Source: Craspedostauros australis (Eukaryota). From it: a stretch of 60,893 bases of DNA. Positions 23,974 to 35,375 of the stretch are shown piece by piece. The translations under genes and the position numbers were made by a program. The DNA lies in contig JALAGF010000495.1 of NCBI GenBank assembly GCA_030167865.1, positions 1 through 60,893 of the forward strand. The letters are read 5' to 3'. The notes under the pieces were generated by a model. That model was not told where the DNA came from and did not search any database. It saw nothing but the letters and a program-made list of their open reading frames with translations. Numbering within the stretch: position 1 is the first letter of the stretch; each line of letters opens with the position of its first letter.

Positions 23974-25431
23974 TTAATGCACCTGAATGTCGTCAATGTC
24001 ATCGAGGCAGTCATCCAGGGCACAAAGGAACTCATCCACGGTCTGTGCTCTGTCGTAGGCTGGTTTGTCGATGACCTCCCAGTAGCAATAGCAGGTATCC
24101 CCGTTTATCAGACCGCGGTTCCCATGCTTTTTGCGGCGCTTTGGCTTGCCGTTCCTGTTTCCCAGACTTCTTGTGAGAAGGTTGCGCTTTCGCATCTGCT
24201 TGCGGGTGCTATCATCATCGCCGTCGTCGTCGTCAGTCCAGTCATCATCGTAGGTCCAGTCATCATCGAGGACGTTGTTGGGATCCGTGAAGATGAGAGG
24301 ATCGTCGGAACAGGCTCTGCATTCGCCCTCCAGGTCGATGGTGACATCGCGGATCCACATTGCCGCATCCACTGTCTCGATGTCAGTGACGGTGGCATCT
24401 TCGAGGCCGCGGAACTTTCTGTCGCAAAGATCGAAGCCGGCCCAGTTGTAAGCCTCGACGACACATGCCTCGATGATTCCGTTGACCTCGCTGTCGTTGG
24501 GGTCCTCGATCTCCAGACGGATGGTGATCTCGGTCTCGAAGGTCTTTTCCTGGCTGGAGCATGGGACCTCCTCGACCTCTCCACACTCGGTTTCGTCCAG
24601 AACGTAGCTGTCATCCTTAGCCTCGAGAATGTCGAGGACTTCCTTGGCGGTCGGCGTTCTGATGTTTGGGATGTTGGTCGCGCAGGTGCAGCCGTTGGTG
24701 GACTGCGCAAGATTTCGCACGACGGTGAAGGTTATGTCGTTGGTGAAGAGGCTCCCGATAGATGAGCAGCTGAAGCAGTAGCCAGTGAAGTAGAGGAAGT
24801 AGATGTTGTAGTAGTAGGTGCTGTAGTATCCGTACATGAGGTTGCGCTCGTTGATTTGGAGTTCCTGCTGCTGCGTCGCCCTTCGCAATGATGCGTGCTG
24901 ATCGCTGTCGCTGGTCTTGCCTGACGAGAAGAAGGATCCCATGTTCAGGGCAGGCAGGAAGGACGAGGCTCCTCTGAAAGGTGCGTCCTGATGATTGGCG
25001 TCGGATGCCATCATCATCTGGCGGTATCGCTGGTGCCTGCGGGTTGGCGAGCCCGAGGTGTCCAGAGTGGCTCCGGACAGAGTGTGGTGGTAGGGGTCGC
25101 ATAGATCGTCGTTGAGATAGTTGGCCTCGTTGTAGGCATCCACGAAGGCCTGTTCGAAGGCGGCGACGACGACAGGGTCCGTCAGATCCAGCGCGGTTTC
25201 GTTGATGGCCACCGCGATGGTTCCAGCCAAAGCTGTGCTCTGCACACCGGCATCACACGTGGGGTTTGACGTTGCCGATGTCATGGTTGCGCATTGTGCC
25301 AGCACCAGCAGCCCCGCAAGGCACAGCATGCTGCGGCATCGGGGCCTTGTCTGTGTTATTGTTGCTGTTGTTGTTGCTGTTGCTGTTGCTGTTGTTGCTG
25401 CTATTGATCTGATTGGCGCCATTCTTCCCAT
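23974..25431 (-). CDS. Secreted Cys-rich modular protein with RxL motifs, paralog C (~485 aa, two modules)
   Basis: Hydrophobic signal-like segment MLCLAGLLVLAQCATMTSA, followed by YNEANYLNDDLCDPY, GYCFSC..FTNDIT..RNL..CTC, EVPC, CDRKF, GECRAC and CYC..TVDEFLCALDDCL, matching paralogs A and B. Confidence 0.85.
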   Translation of the reverse strand: MGRMAPIRSIAATTATATATTTATITQTRPRCRSMLCLAGLLVLAQCATMTSATSNPTCDAGVQSTALAGTIAVAINETALDLTDPVVVAAFEQAFVDAYNEANYLNDDLCDPYHHTLSGATLDTSGSPTRRHQRYRQMMMASDANHQDAPFRGASSFLPALNMGSFFSSGKTSDSDQHASLRRATQQQELQINERNLMYGYYSTYYYNIYFLYFTGYCFSCSSIGSLFTNDITFTVVRNLAQSTNGCTCATNIPNIRTPTAKEVLDILEAKDDSYVLDETECGEVEEVPCSSQEKTFETEITIRLEIEDPNDSEVNGIIEACVVEAYNWAGFDLCDRKFRGLEDATVTDIETVDAAMWIRDVTIDLEGECRACSDDPLIFTDPNNVLDDDWTYDDDWTDDDDGDDDSTRKQMRKRNLLTRSLGNRNGKPKRRKKHGNRGLINGDTCYCYWEVIDKPAYDRAQTVDEFLCALDDCLDDIDDIQVH

Positions 25432-27366
25432 GATTGTGAGGCACGAGCGTCGTGGGTTTTGAGTATGGTAGACTACTTCGCTTCTTGGTGTCTTCTTGTG
25501 CTTGTGCAACGTTGTTGGATGTGATTGTGCTTGATGCCCCTTTTTGATGGCTTGCTTGTGATTTTTATGGCGATGATAGCGGTGATGATGTTGCAGATGT
25601 TGTCAAGCACGGTACTGGTCTCTCTGTTTTTGTGTGTCTTTTTGCCTGTGTTCGTGGTGGAGCGATTGTGCAAACGCTGCGTGGCGCCAATCTGCGCTGC
25701 TTTGTGAGGGAATTACTCGCGCCTTCGTGTCCAGATCTGTTGGCTGGTTGTCGCCAGGATGAAGTTTTCACGCGGAGTATCGGTTCGGCAGTTTCCCTCT
25801 CTGACTCGTCCACCCAAACGCGACAGAATGCGCTCCAGTCACAAAAAATAGTCGCGAAGTGGCGCTGCCACTCGCAGAGAAGGCACTTCGCCGATTTGGC
25901 TGGTTTAGCCATGGGTCTTGGGTCATCGCCACAGCCCAACAAAACGACGCGACCACTCTCGTTGTGACACAGCCATTCACACAATTCGTACAATTCGCAC
26001 GATCTTGTTTCCCACATTTATGGCAAACAATGTCATTCACACGTTCTACCTTATGTAATTCGCGTCATCAACACGGGCTTTTTCTTCGCAGCCTTGTGTC
26101 GCAGGCACTTCGCCTACACGAACTGAAACCGCAACCTTGCTTGTTGAGTGTCTTGCGGTAGGGGGAGAAGAACATCACATGAACCCGAATCAGCCCACCT
26201 CAGCGATAACTTTGCATTTCGCGCGCCCATGGTCTACCGACAGACACACGATGCCACCATCGCGTCTCACAACGTCAAGGCCAAACTCAAGCTCGACATC
26301 AACCTCGACATCACAACTCAAAGGACAAGGCGAACAACGGCGTCAACAGGCACGATAGATCGTTGCCATTCACGAGGCTTGCTCCGCAAAACATCAATAC
26401 ATTCAACGAAGCTCAACAAAATCAATTTCTCTCAAGAGAGCAGAAGAAGAGAGACAGGAACAAGAAACGGTAACTACAAGTACGAACTACTCATGCTCTC
26501 CCACAGAGTGCCCGTACATACGAAGACGATCCAGAACATCACCATCGCAGTTGTGCAGGACAGCATTCGGGGACAAAGCGTTCCCAACCTCAACGTGAGA
26601 TGCAAAAATGATACATCGGATTGGCGTCGCCACCATCGCTGGCGGCAACGACGCATCCAAACCAATTACGCACGATCGATCGCCCATGCTTGTCCTCGCG
26701 GGTTGCTCTTCCCACAATGGGGTTGTCGTAAATTCAGCCACACGTACTCTTCAACTACAACAACGACTGCGGTTGTCTGCACTCAGCTCGGAGTTGGCGT
26801 CTATGCAAAGCAAAGCAGTGAAGTTCCATGACGTGTGTGCCATACCCACTTGTATAGCAGTATTCTGGTTGACTGCAGTCTCTACCATACAATACTCGCA
26901 CCGTTCCGCTGCCACTAGATGGTACTCTCCACGCTCTTGCGATGATGGTGGTAGTGTGGCGGTGGACTAGATAGCAGTGGCGTTGCCAGTCGTGAGGGCG
27001 TTGTTGTTGGCTGTCCCTCGCGTTCGTTCGTTGTGGACTTGTGCCCAAACCAAGATCGATCCATCAAGTCGTGAATGCGTGTGTCCAAGTTTGGCGACTG
27101 AACAATCAATCCATCATTTATTTGATCTAACATTCGTCCGTTTTGCGTTCATGGTGGATGAGATGATTGCCATGAATCCCATTCACTGACACCAGCCAAA
27201 TCCTCACAAGATTTGTGATGTCTCTGGAGAACGAAAGAAGGCCATCGATGAAACCACATGAGACGTTCCGAACCAAAACGGAGGAAGGCGACAAACATCA
27301 AGAAGCACATAACGCATACGACACATACGCAACCTGTACGAGTAGATATAACTGATAGAGACGACC

Positions 27367-28164
27367 ATGGCGTCCGACGAAAGCAACCAAGGACAGGACC
27401 TGCTGGTCATCGGACCTTTGACCGATCTGGCAGCCCTGCGGATCGAATCCACGCGCAATGCCGCTCTGTCGCAGCGCAATGTCAAGGTCCCCGACGATCT
27501 CATGGTGAACGCCATGGAGTGCACAGCCACCGTCCACATGGACAGCGAGGATGACGACGACGTCGACGAAGAGAACAAACCATTCGACAAGGTCCCCGGT
27601 CTGCTGTTCGTCACGCAAGCGCAGATGATGTTCGTGTCGGACTCGTCATCGGAACAGGATGTCATCGTGGGCGCGAGATGCATCCAGCTGCATGCCATGA
27701 CGGAGGATCCGGAACTGGCCGTCTATCTGCAAGTTGGTCTGCCCGACAGCGACGACAACGACGAAGCTTCGGACGGTGGCGGCGAAGTATTCGTCCATCC
27801 CAACAAGGACGACGATTGCGACGTGCTGTTCAAGGCGCTGTGCAAGTTGATATCGATGCATCCCGTGGTGGAGGAGGATGGTGGCGATGGCGGTATCAGC
27901 GGCGGTTTGGCCAGTCTGTTGATGGGAGGCATGGCGGGCGGCGGGACTGGATATTCGGACGAGCTCGTGTGGGCCAACAGCGAGATGCAAGGTGCTGGCG
28001 AGAATGGTGCCGTTACTGGCGGGTTCCCGGATGCCCTGGAAGGGGAAGATCTTGGAGAGGATTCGGTTGCTCGTGCTGCCATGCTGGAGAAGCTGGACGG
28101 CATGCTGGTCGTGCCACCAGAACTGGAGGTGAAGGAAGGCCAATTTGAGGATGCAGACGAATGA
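27367..28164 (+). CDS. Methylosome subunit pICln (Voldacs/ICln family), 265 aa
   Basis: PGLLFVT, IQLHAM, VYLQ, FKALCKLISMHP, acidic tracts and the characteristic C-terminal GQFEDADE. Confidence 0.85.
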   Translation: MASDESNQGQDLLVIGPLTDLAALRIESTRNAALSQRNVKVPDDLMVNAMECTATVHMDSEDDDDVDEENKPFDKVPGLLFVTQAQMMFVSDSSSEQDVIVGARCIQLHAMTEDPELAVYLQVGLPDSDDNDEASDGGGEVFVHPNKDDDCDVLFKALCKLISMHPVVEEDGGDGGISGGLASLLMGGMAGGGTGYSDELVWANSEMQGAGENGAVTGGFPDALEGEDLGEDSVARAAMLEKLDGMLVVPPELEVKEGQFEDADE

Positions 28165-28813
28165 ACTCTCCAGATGTACCACATGGTGATCGAGGATTGA
28201 TGGATTGATGAATTGACGGAGTGTTCGTTGCTGGCCGATGGCCGATGGTTGGCGGATAATGGTTGATGGACCATTCCATGCATGAGTCAGTCCAACAGGA
28301 GGCACGAGCATGCGATATGCGCTCTGCAACTAATCAATCTGACGACCGAACGCCAGTATTCAATGATGCAATTATGGGAGTATCCTTTATCATATCTCTC
28401 TCCAGAGGACGTCCTTTATCTATTGGTACAATATGCATACTCTGCATCTCCCACTGGAGACGAGTATGCTTCTTTATTCTTTCGTTTCCCGCGGTGTCAG
28501 ATACGTGCTGGAACGGTAGAGCCATGTTAACTATTGCTCGCGATGTGGTCGACCTCTTTTCATCCAACACTTCACGTAGATAGTTCGGGCATCATGCATC
28601 GTTGTTTGTTGTCTCCCGCACCCTTTATTCTTGTATGATCACTGTTTGCGATCATCCAAAGATTTGATACCATCATGAAGTAGCAGCCCAACTTGGCGTC
28701 GCGAGCACGCCTCGTTGAGTACAGTGTGTAGATCCGGCCAATGGAAGTACCTGCAACGATCCGCCAATCAATCCATCATGCCCATACCTGCTCATCTATG
28801 CTCATGTCAACGT

Positions 28814-29854
28814 TCACATACCCGGAAACACAAAAAGAAAACTGATGCGCAGCACGTACCCGTTGGACAGCTTCTTGGACACATGCGCGCCACGCTCATG
28901 GAAGGAATGGATCTCCCACTCGTTGACCAACGTGTTGGCGGCCGGCATTTCCTGATCCATCGTGGCGGTGCCGCTCGCCACCATCCTGCGATGCGCATGC
29001 ACGGCCGCGACGTCGGCAAACAACGCGTCGCGCTCCTCGAGGAATGTTCGCGTCTCGTCTTGCGTGAAGCCGTCGATCTGGTTGAGGACACGACGCAGGC
29101 CTCGGCGCGTGCCCGAGCCCGTGGGCGATCCCACCTCACCGTACAGGGCCTTGAGCTTGTCGAAGTTGACCTGTCCCGGCAGCTGGTTGTTCTGCGGGCG
29201 GCTGGTGTAGTCTAGGCAGTTTCCGAGATCGGCGTTGTTGAAGTTCTCGTCCGTGTGCGGCAGGCCGAATCCGTGGCCGATCTCGTGGCACATGGTGTAC
29301 TGCCTCGCCTCCTGCTTGGCGTTGAGGAGATAGAACTCGTTCATCTTGGCGACGGACGAGACGATCGCGCCCTGGCCGTTGAGCGCCATCTCGTTGATGC
29401 CCAGCCACCCCGTCTCGCCGTAGTTGGCGTTGCAGACCTTCATGACGCCGCGCTTCTGCGTGCACTCGCGGTCGATGTCGATGCGCGCCGTCGACAGAGT
29501 GAGGGCGTCGGGATTGCCGTTGTCCCAATCGTCGACGGCCTTTTGGAACTCGTCCGTCCACGCGTCGTCGCAGGCGTTCTCCAGCGCCAGCGTCAAGCCG
29601 CCCTCGCCGCTCGTGCTGGAGGTCCACGGGTTCGTGGAGTTGTCGCCGACGAAGGGGTCCGTGTTCCAGTTGCCGGCGAAGTCCGTGAGGTTGCCCAGCA
29701 CGTTGGTGAAGTCGTTCAGGTCGAAGTTGCGGATGGCCTCCTTCACGTCGGGCTTGCCCAGCCACCACCACATGCCGTAGGCGCCGCCGCCCAGGATGCC
29801 CAGAGTGATGGCCATGCCAATCAGGCGTTGCGAGCAGGACTTTTCCTTTGGCAT
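28814..29854 (-). CDS. Membrane-anchored zinc metalloprotease (metzincin-like, HExxHxxGxxH), 346 aa
   Basis: N-terminal signal-anchor LIGMAITLGILGGGAYGMWWW and extended zinc motif CHEIGHGFGLPH. Confidence 0.88.
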   Translation of the reverse strand: MPKEKSCSQRLIGMAITLGILGGGAYGMWWWLGKPDVKEAIRNFDLNDFTNVLGNLTDFAGNWNTDPFVGDNSTNPWTSSTSGEGGLTLALENACDDAWTDEFQKAVDDWDNGNPDALTLSTARIDIDRECTQKRGVMKVCNANYGETGWLGINEMALNGQGAIVSSVAKMNEFYLLNAKQEARQYTMCHEIGHGFGLPHTDENFNNADLGNCLDYTSRPQNNQLPGQVNFDKLKALYGEVGSPTGSGTRRGLRRVLNQIDGFTQDETRTFLEERDALFADVAAVHAHRRMVASGTATMDQEMPAANTLVNEWEIHSFHERGAHVSKKLSNGYVLRISFLFVFPGM

Positions 29855-30201
29855 GATGGAATACGTGCGATGGATTGCTAGATTGCTAGATTGCTACAGT
29901 GATAGAGTGCTGGAGAATGGACAAGGGGTTTGGGCGCTTGGTTCGTTGGATGCTGTGATGTTGAGTTTATGATGAACGCAGCACAGCAAAGCACAGTCAA
30001 GCAAGAGACAGATCTTGTTCGGAAGGAGAGGGCACGACCAAAGTTTGCCAAATCAGGTGGGAAAGAAAGAAAGAAAGACGCATGAGGTCGCCAAACGAGG
30101 GTGGATGGAGATGAGGCGGTGAAGGAATTCCCGCACGACTGAAGAACGCGGTGCGCGGCACGATAGTGACACCTCCTGCTTTTGTCCGCAACGTTGATAG
30201 G

Positions 30202-30289
30202 GGGATATCGCATTTCGCATTGCGAGTCCCACGGCACAAAATTGAGGGATTTCGCGTTTCGCATTGCGAGTCCCACAGCGCAAATTACC
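30202..30289. repeat. Imperfect 44-bp tandem direct repeat (2 copies) upstream of the metalloprotease
   Basis: GGGATATCGCATTTCGCATTGCGAGTCCCACGGCACAAAATTGA followed by GGGATTTCGCGTTTCGCATTGCGAGTCCCACAGCGCAAATTACC. Confidence 0.85.
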
Positions 30290-31595
30290 TGAGAGGGAAA
30301 TTTTTTGAGGGGTAGCGTGCGAACTTCCCCCTCTGAAAGCGAAACTCGATCATTTCAGGACAAAATGACCAATCATATCTCTTTATTTGCAGCAACTGCT
30401 GAAATTCGTGCCCTGTTTGCTGACACGATTCGGTGGCATGCTAGCGACAAAGAAACTAGCATTCTGGCGTGAAGGGTACACGAAGCGATAGAGAGTGACA
30501 GCGAAGTCGAATACGCCTGTAAGCTTCGTATAAGATATCTGCATGCAAGTAGCAGAGGCACCCTTCATGGTCCAGCTGAGGAAGCTTTGCTCATAGCCCA
30601 TTTCATCCGATACAATACATGCAGTGTGTTCCTGGATGCTCTGAGGATTAGTGTCCTCGGATACGACCAGGAACTTCGACCAACGCGCATTTGGCATGCT
30701 TTGGAGATCCTGATTGCCATATCGGAAGTCGTTGGTGGTCTCCAACCAACCCAACGTGCGATCGCAATAGTTCCATGTGGACTGCATGAAGAGCTTCTAT
30801 TGGACAACAAACTGCGGATCCATCTCCATGATACGGTGATCAAGAGGTCTCTGCCATCAATATCGGCAACAGAGACTTGAACAAGCCATGAAGAAGCAGG
30901 GACGAAGTGCTTGCGCATCTGTTACCGCACTTCTGTTATTGGAAAAGTTGAGACAGAAGAGACGGCAACGAAAATCTCACTAAACGAAGCTATGAAGAGG
31001 AGAGAGAGGAATGTGCATTGCGTTCAACTCAGGACACACCCAATAACGATCTCATCATCCTTTTGTCTCAGCACATATTGCGATAACATGCATCAAAGCA
31101 TTCAGGTTAGAACGGTCTAAACTAGAGCTCTATTCTACGTAGAAGAAGCCAATCCAGTCACCTTGGTCGTCTTCTTCTGTAGGTCACGAACGAGTCATGA
31201 GTAACTATGTGAAATCCGAATGTGAGTACCACATGTAACATGAACGCAGGGGTGTGAATGTTAAGTGCGACATCCCTCTAATGTCGTCATTTATGTCGCA
31301 GAGACAGTCTAGATCATTATCAAATATTCATGATTTAGTACATATATGTGGTGACGTTGATGCCACCACAGGGCGCCTCGCAGATCTGCCTTCACTTTTT
31401 CCTTGACCTGAGGGCACACAACCCATGCAACAACTCATGCATCCCATCAAAGATAGAGTGAATGCACATTGTGCTTTTGGATGTCCTGAACGCCGAGCTG
31501 TCGAAGAAGACGATAGCGTATGGCTTCGCCATGTTCAATTACCTCTCAAACGGATCGTGCTCTATTGTATAATATTACTGTATTCACATTGACAT

Positions 31596-33750
31596 TCACT
31601 GTTCCATCGTGATGGCGCCGCCACTGCTCATATCGCTCCCGACCTCCACCTGCTCCAGATATGCGGCTGCTTCACGCACCAAAGAGACGTCGGTCTTTGC
31701 ATCCAATACGCGAGCGCACGTCATCAGAACATCCTCGTGAGGCATCACGGCAGCGAATAGGAATGGATACGCCTTCTTCATCTCACCGCTTGGCTCGGAT
31801 CTACCTTGCTGCTGCTGCTGGACTTTTGCGGCATCCGTCGTGGTTTGGCGGTGGCTGTCATTCTGCCGATTGCGCTCCATGGCAGCCTCCACCTCGTGCA
31901 TGGACACCACGACCGGCGCATCATCGTCGTCATCGTCTTCGGAACCATCATCACTTGACTTTCCCATGGCCTTGTTGCCATCCCCGTCATCCATATTTTC
32001 GCCACGCCGCTTGCGTCGAATCATATCTGCGTCGTTATCTTCATCTTCACTGTCGTCGTCGTCAAATTCATCTTCATGATTCAGGATATCGAATTCGCCA
32101 TCGTCGTTGACTTCGTAGACGCCGTCCGATCCGAACGTCGTGGGGAATTTGTTTTTCAGGATGCTCTGGAAGTTGGCCAACGCGATGGGGGACAGCGACA
32201 CGGACGAGAGGTTCTCCATCAGCGCCTCAAAGGCGACCAGCAGGAAGTTACCGCTCGACATTTCCAGGTCCTGGGTGTTGTCAGCGTCGAAGTGGGAGCG
32301 TTGCGGTCAATGCCAACAACAACGACAGTAGCGTTTGCGAGTGCGAAATGCGCAAGGCGGAATATGTGAGATTGGGGCGAATGCGTTGACGAGAAAGGAG
32401 ACGACTTGCAATTCAAAGTGGACAATGGCACATACATGCGATTCGCAACCAAACAATACGATCTTCGTATCAGCGTTGATTTGATGCCACGGCACACTCA
32501 CCTCGAAGAATTCATTCTCAATTGCCAGCACTTGCTTCGACAGGATCTGGAGCAGGTTGTCGTACAGCGCGGAATTCTGAATAAGCCCAGCTGGCTCCAC
32601 GAATGACAGCATGGAGATCAAGTCTCGCCTGATTGCACGAGTACGACGGCGTGAATGAAATTCAGCAGTGGCGTCGAGCGACGGAAATGAGCGAAGAGAG
32701 AGAGAGACAGAGACAGGAAGTAGCGAGAATGAGATGAGAAGTACGCACGCCAGAATACGACCAATTCCCTCATTTCCATCTTGCAACGTGCGTTGCATAT
32801 GCAAGCAGCAGAATCAACGCAACGCAACGCAACAGCACCGCATGAACTCACCAATGCTCCAAAGAAGCGAAACACCGCAGATTCAGGAACAGCACAAACG
32901 CCAGCTGCAGATCGCCCAGCAGATACTGCCACGTGTTGCTGTAGTACCGCTTCAGGATATCGTGCAGCAGCTGGCATGCCGGATTGGGATCGCGCAACAG
33001 GATCGTGCGCTGGGCGGGTTCCAGCTGTGCCAGATACCGCTGCGTGCCCATGTGCCGTTTGACGCGGAATTTGGTCTTGACGTTCCAGACCGGGATGCAT
33101 GGATACTGCGGCGAGATGCCGTCCTTGATCGGCTCTGGTTGTTGCTTTGTGGTTGCTTCATCGTCATCGCCCGCCACATGATACGCGCCAGGCACGAGCT
33201 TGACGCCGGATTGGATGCCGCGATTGTCCAGCACTTTGCGCGTGATGAACTGAGTCCTCTCGCTCCACTGCTGCGGCTGCGTCGCCATGGCGGGGTACGC
33301 GAGGACGCGCTGCAGCTCGATCTGATTGTTCTGCACGCGATTGGCGAGGTTGAGGCCGGTTTGCTCGTCGACGGCATCGCCCGACACTTCCTCCGTGTAG
33401 GGATCGTACCGTCGAATGAACGACGTGTTCTGTCCCGTCCGAATGGCGTCGGGATCGCTGGTGCGAAAGAAGAAGCCGACGGTGGTGGAGAACTCGCTTG
33501 CCAACTTGGCATCGTGCGGACCGGCAGGCGGGGCCTTGTCCGTTGTGGCATCCGCCGATTTGGATTTCGTCGCGGCAGCACGCACCGTCACGAAGTGGAT
33601 GGTGTCTGCGCCAGACGTGGGGGCCGCGACGATGTCCTTGATCCCCACGAAGTCATCGCGTCGGATGATGATCGGCTGGCCGTTGATGCTGACGACCGAA
33701 CCTGGATTGAGGTCCAGCAAACCAACGAAGGTGCTTCCCTTTGCTGCCAT
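31596..33750 (-). CDS. AAR2: AAR2 U5 snRNP assembly factor (3 exons, ~566 aa)
   Basis: Exons 33750-32852, 32628-32502 and 32270-31596, with GTGAGT donors and YAG acceptors in consistent phase. Motifs FVGIKDI...IHFV and LLGDLQLAFVLFLNLRCFASLEHW-RDLISML...ENEFFE-DLEMSSGNFL match AAR2. Confidence 0.88.
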
Positions 33751-34343
33751 CGTTGCTCTTCCTTCGATCGATGCTGTCGTCGTATCTTCAACTATTTCGT
33801 TTGGTTTGTCGCTTGGTTTGTCGATTGCCAAACAATCCGCAATTCACAACGTGCATACAGATGCACTTGCATGCAATTCAGTCGAGAATGATGGTGATGG
33901 TGATGGTGGTGGTGTGGTGCCATCGGTTGGATGCAACGCAACGCGATGAAATGCAACGCAACAAATGGAATCCAAAGCGAAAGAAAGAAGAAAGAACAAA
34001 AGTGAGGGTCCGAACAGAAACGATTGGTTTGGGTTTGATGGTTAGTCGGACGAGTCGAAGATGTCACGATTTGACAGTCCGACCAAAGACGTCACTCATC
34101 ACCCCAATCGTTTGGTGGCTTCCGTTCATCGGCACATCAACATCATGGCCTCATACTTCTGCTAATCTGAGGTTTGTTATTGCAAGAACGAGAGTCGGAG
34201 CGAGAGTCAGAGCGAGAGTCAGAGCCAGGGTCACATCTTTCTCTTCACACGGCATACGACGTACGACGTATTATAGAATACGACATAGAATAGGACATAC
34301 AACTACGGAATACAGTTGCATCACCCTGGATTGTTTGTCGAGA

Positions 34344-35340
34344 ATGAGACCACTGATGTGCTCCTCCACGATGATGTGGCTGTTGGCGACGCCTCTGCTG
34401 CAGCATTGCAATATTGTGATGGCGTTCACATGCACACACACGCATTCGCACGGGCATGCGTCATCATGTGGGATTCCCGCGTTACACACGAGCACAGTCA
34501 AGCACTCGTCGGTGACGCAACATCGCACTCGAAGCACACGGGCGTTCCAACCATCGCAACGCTTGCGCAAGCGACGATCGTTGCAATCCAGCTTCGATGC
34601 CAGCAACGAGTCCTCCGATCAGCCCGACTTTCGGGAAGCCGACAGCGGACTTTACTTGCCAACCGACAATGACGACGCCGATGACGTCTGCATGTCCATC
34701 GACCCGGATGCGATATCGTCCGGCGGCGTCGCGTACCAAAAGGTCATTGACGGCATGGACCAGCTGCTGCCCGAAGAAGGCATCGAGGAGCGCAACGCGC
34801 TGAGCCGCAAGGAAGGCTACTGGCCCTTCATCCGCGACGGCAAGGATCCTCCGCAGGGCTTGGTCTACGGCGAGTTTGATCTGCATTTCTTTGCGCAGCT
34901 TCTGGACCGCGCCTGCGATTCGGGTTCGTGGCAAGGCAAGAACTTTTACGATTTGGGCAGCGGCATCGGGCGGTTGGTGTTGACGGCCGGTGCTTTGCAT
35001 GCATGGGATAAGTGCTGCGGCATCGAGTTGTTGGAGAGTCTGCATGAGGGCGCCTTGGATAATCTGCGGCGATGCGAGCAGCCATCCGGTTCGGATGAGG
35101 CTGATGCCTCCGGCCATGCGCAAATCAAGTATGACTTGACGTCGTCCTCTAGCGATCTTGACGCAAACAGCCTGTCAGCGACCGAGCCACAGCCGCAGGT
35201 GTCGTCAGCAGAGCAAGAATACTGGAAGCAGTACTCCGAATCGGTTTCAAATCAAGATTTCTGCTTGCAGGATCTGGCCAGCAACTTTGGAGATCCTGCG
35301 CAGAGCTCCGTGACGCAACAACCAGACAGCCTGCAAATAC

Positions 35341-35375
<35 letters not shown>

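Noticed and set aside
23941-24765. 274-aa hydrophobic-looking plus-strand ORF
   Set aside because: Antisense to paralog C; the apparent hydrophobicity comes from the complement of Asp/Thr codons.
32668-33891. 407-aa plus-strand ORF
   Set aside because: Antisense shadow of AAR2 exon 1.
33741-34343. First 201 codons of the 748-aa ORF
   Set aside because: Non-ATG start, microsatellite-like content and overlap with the AAR2 start; probably the divergent promoter or UTR.
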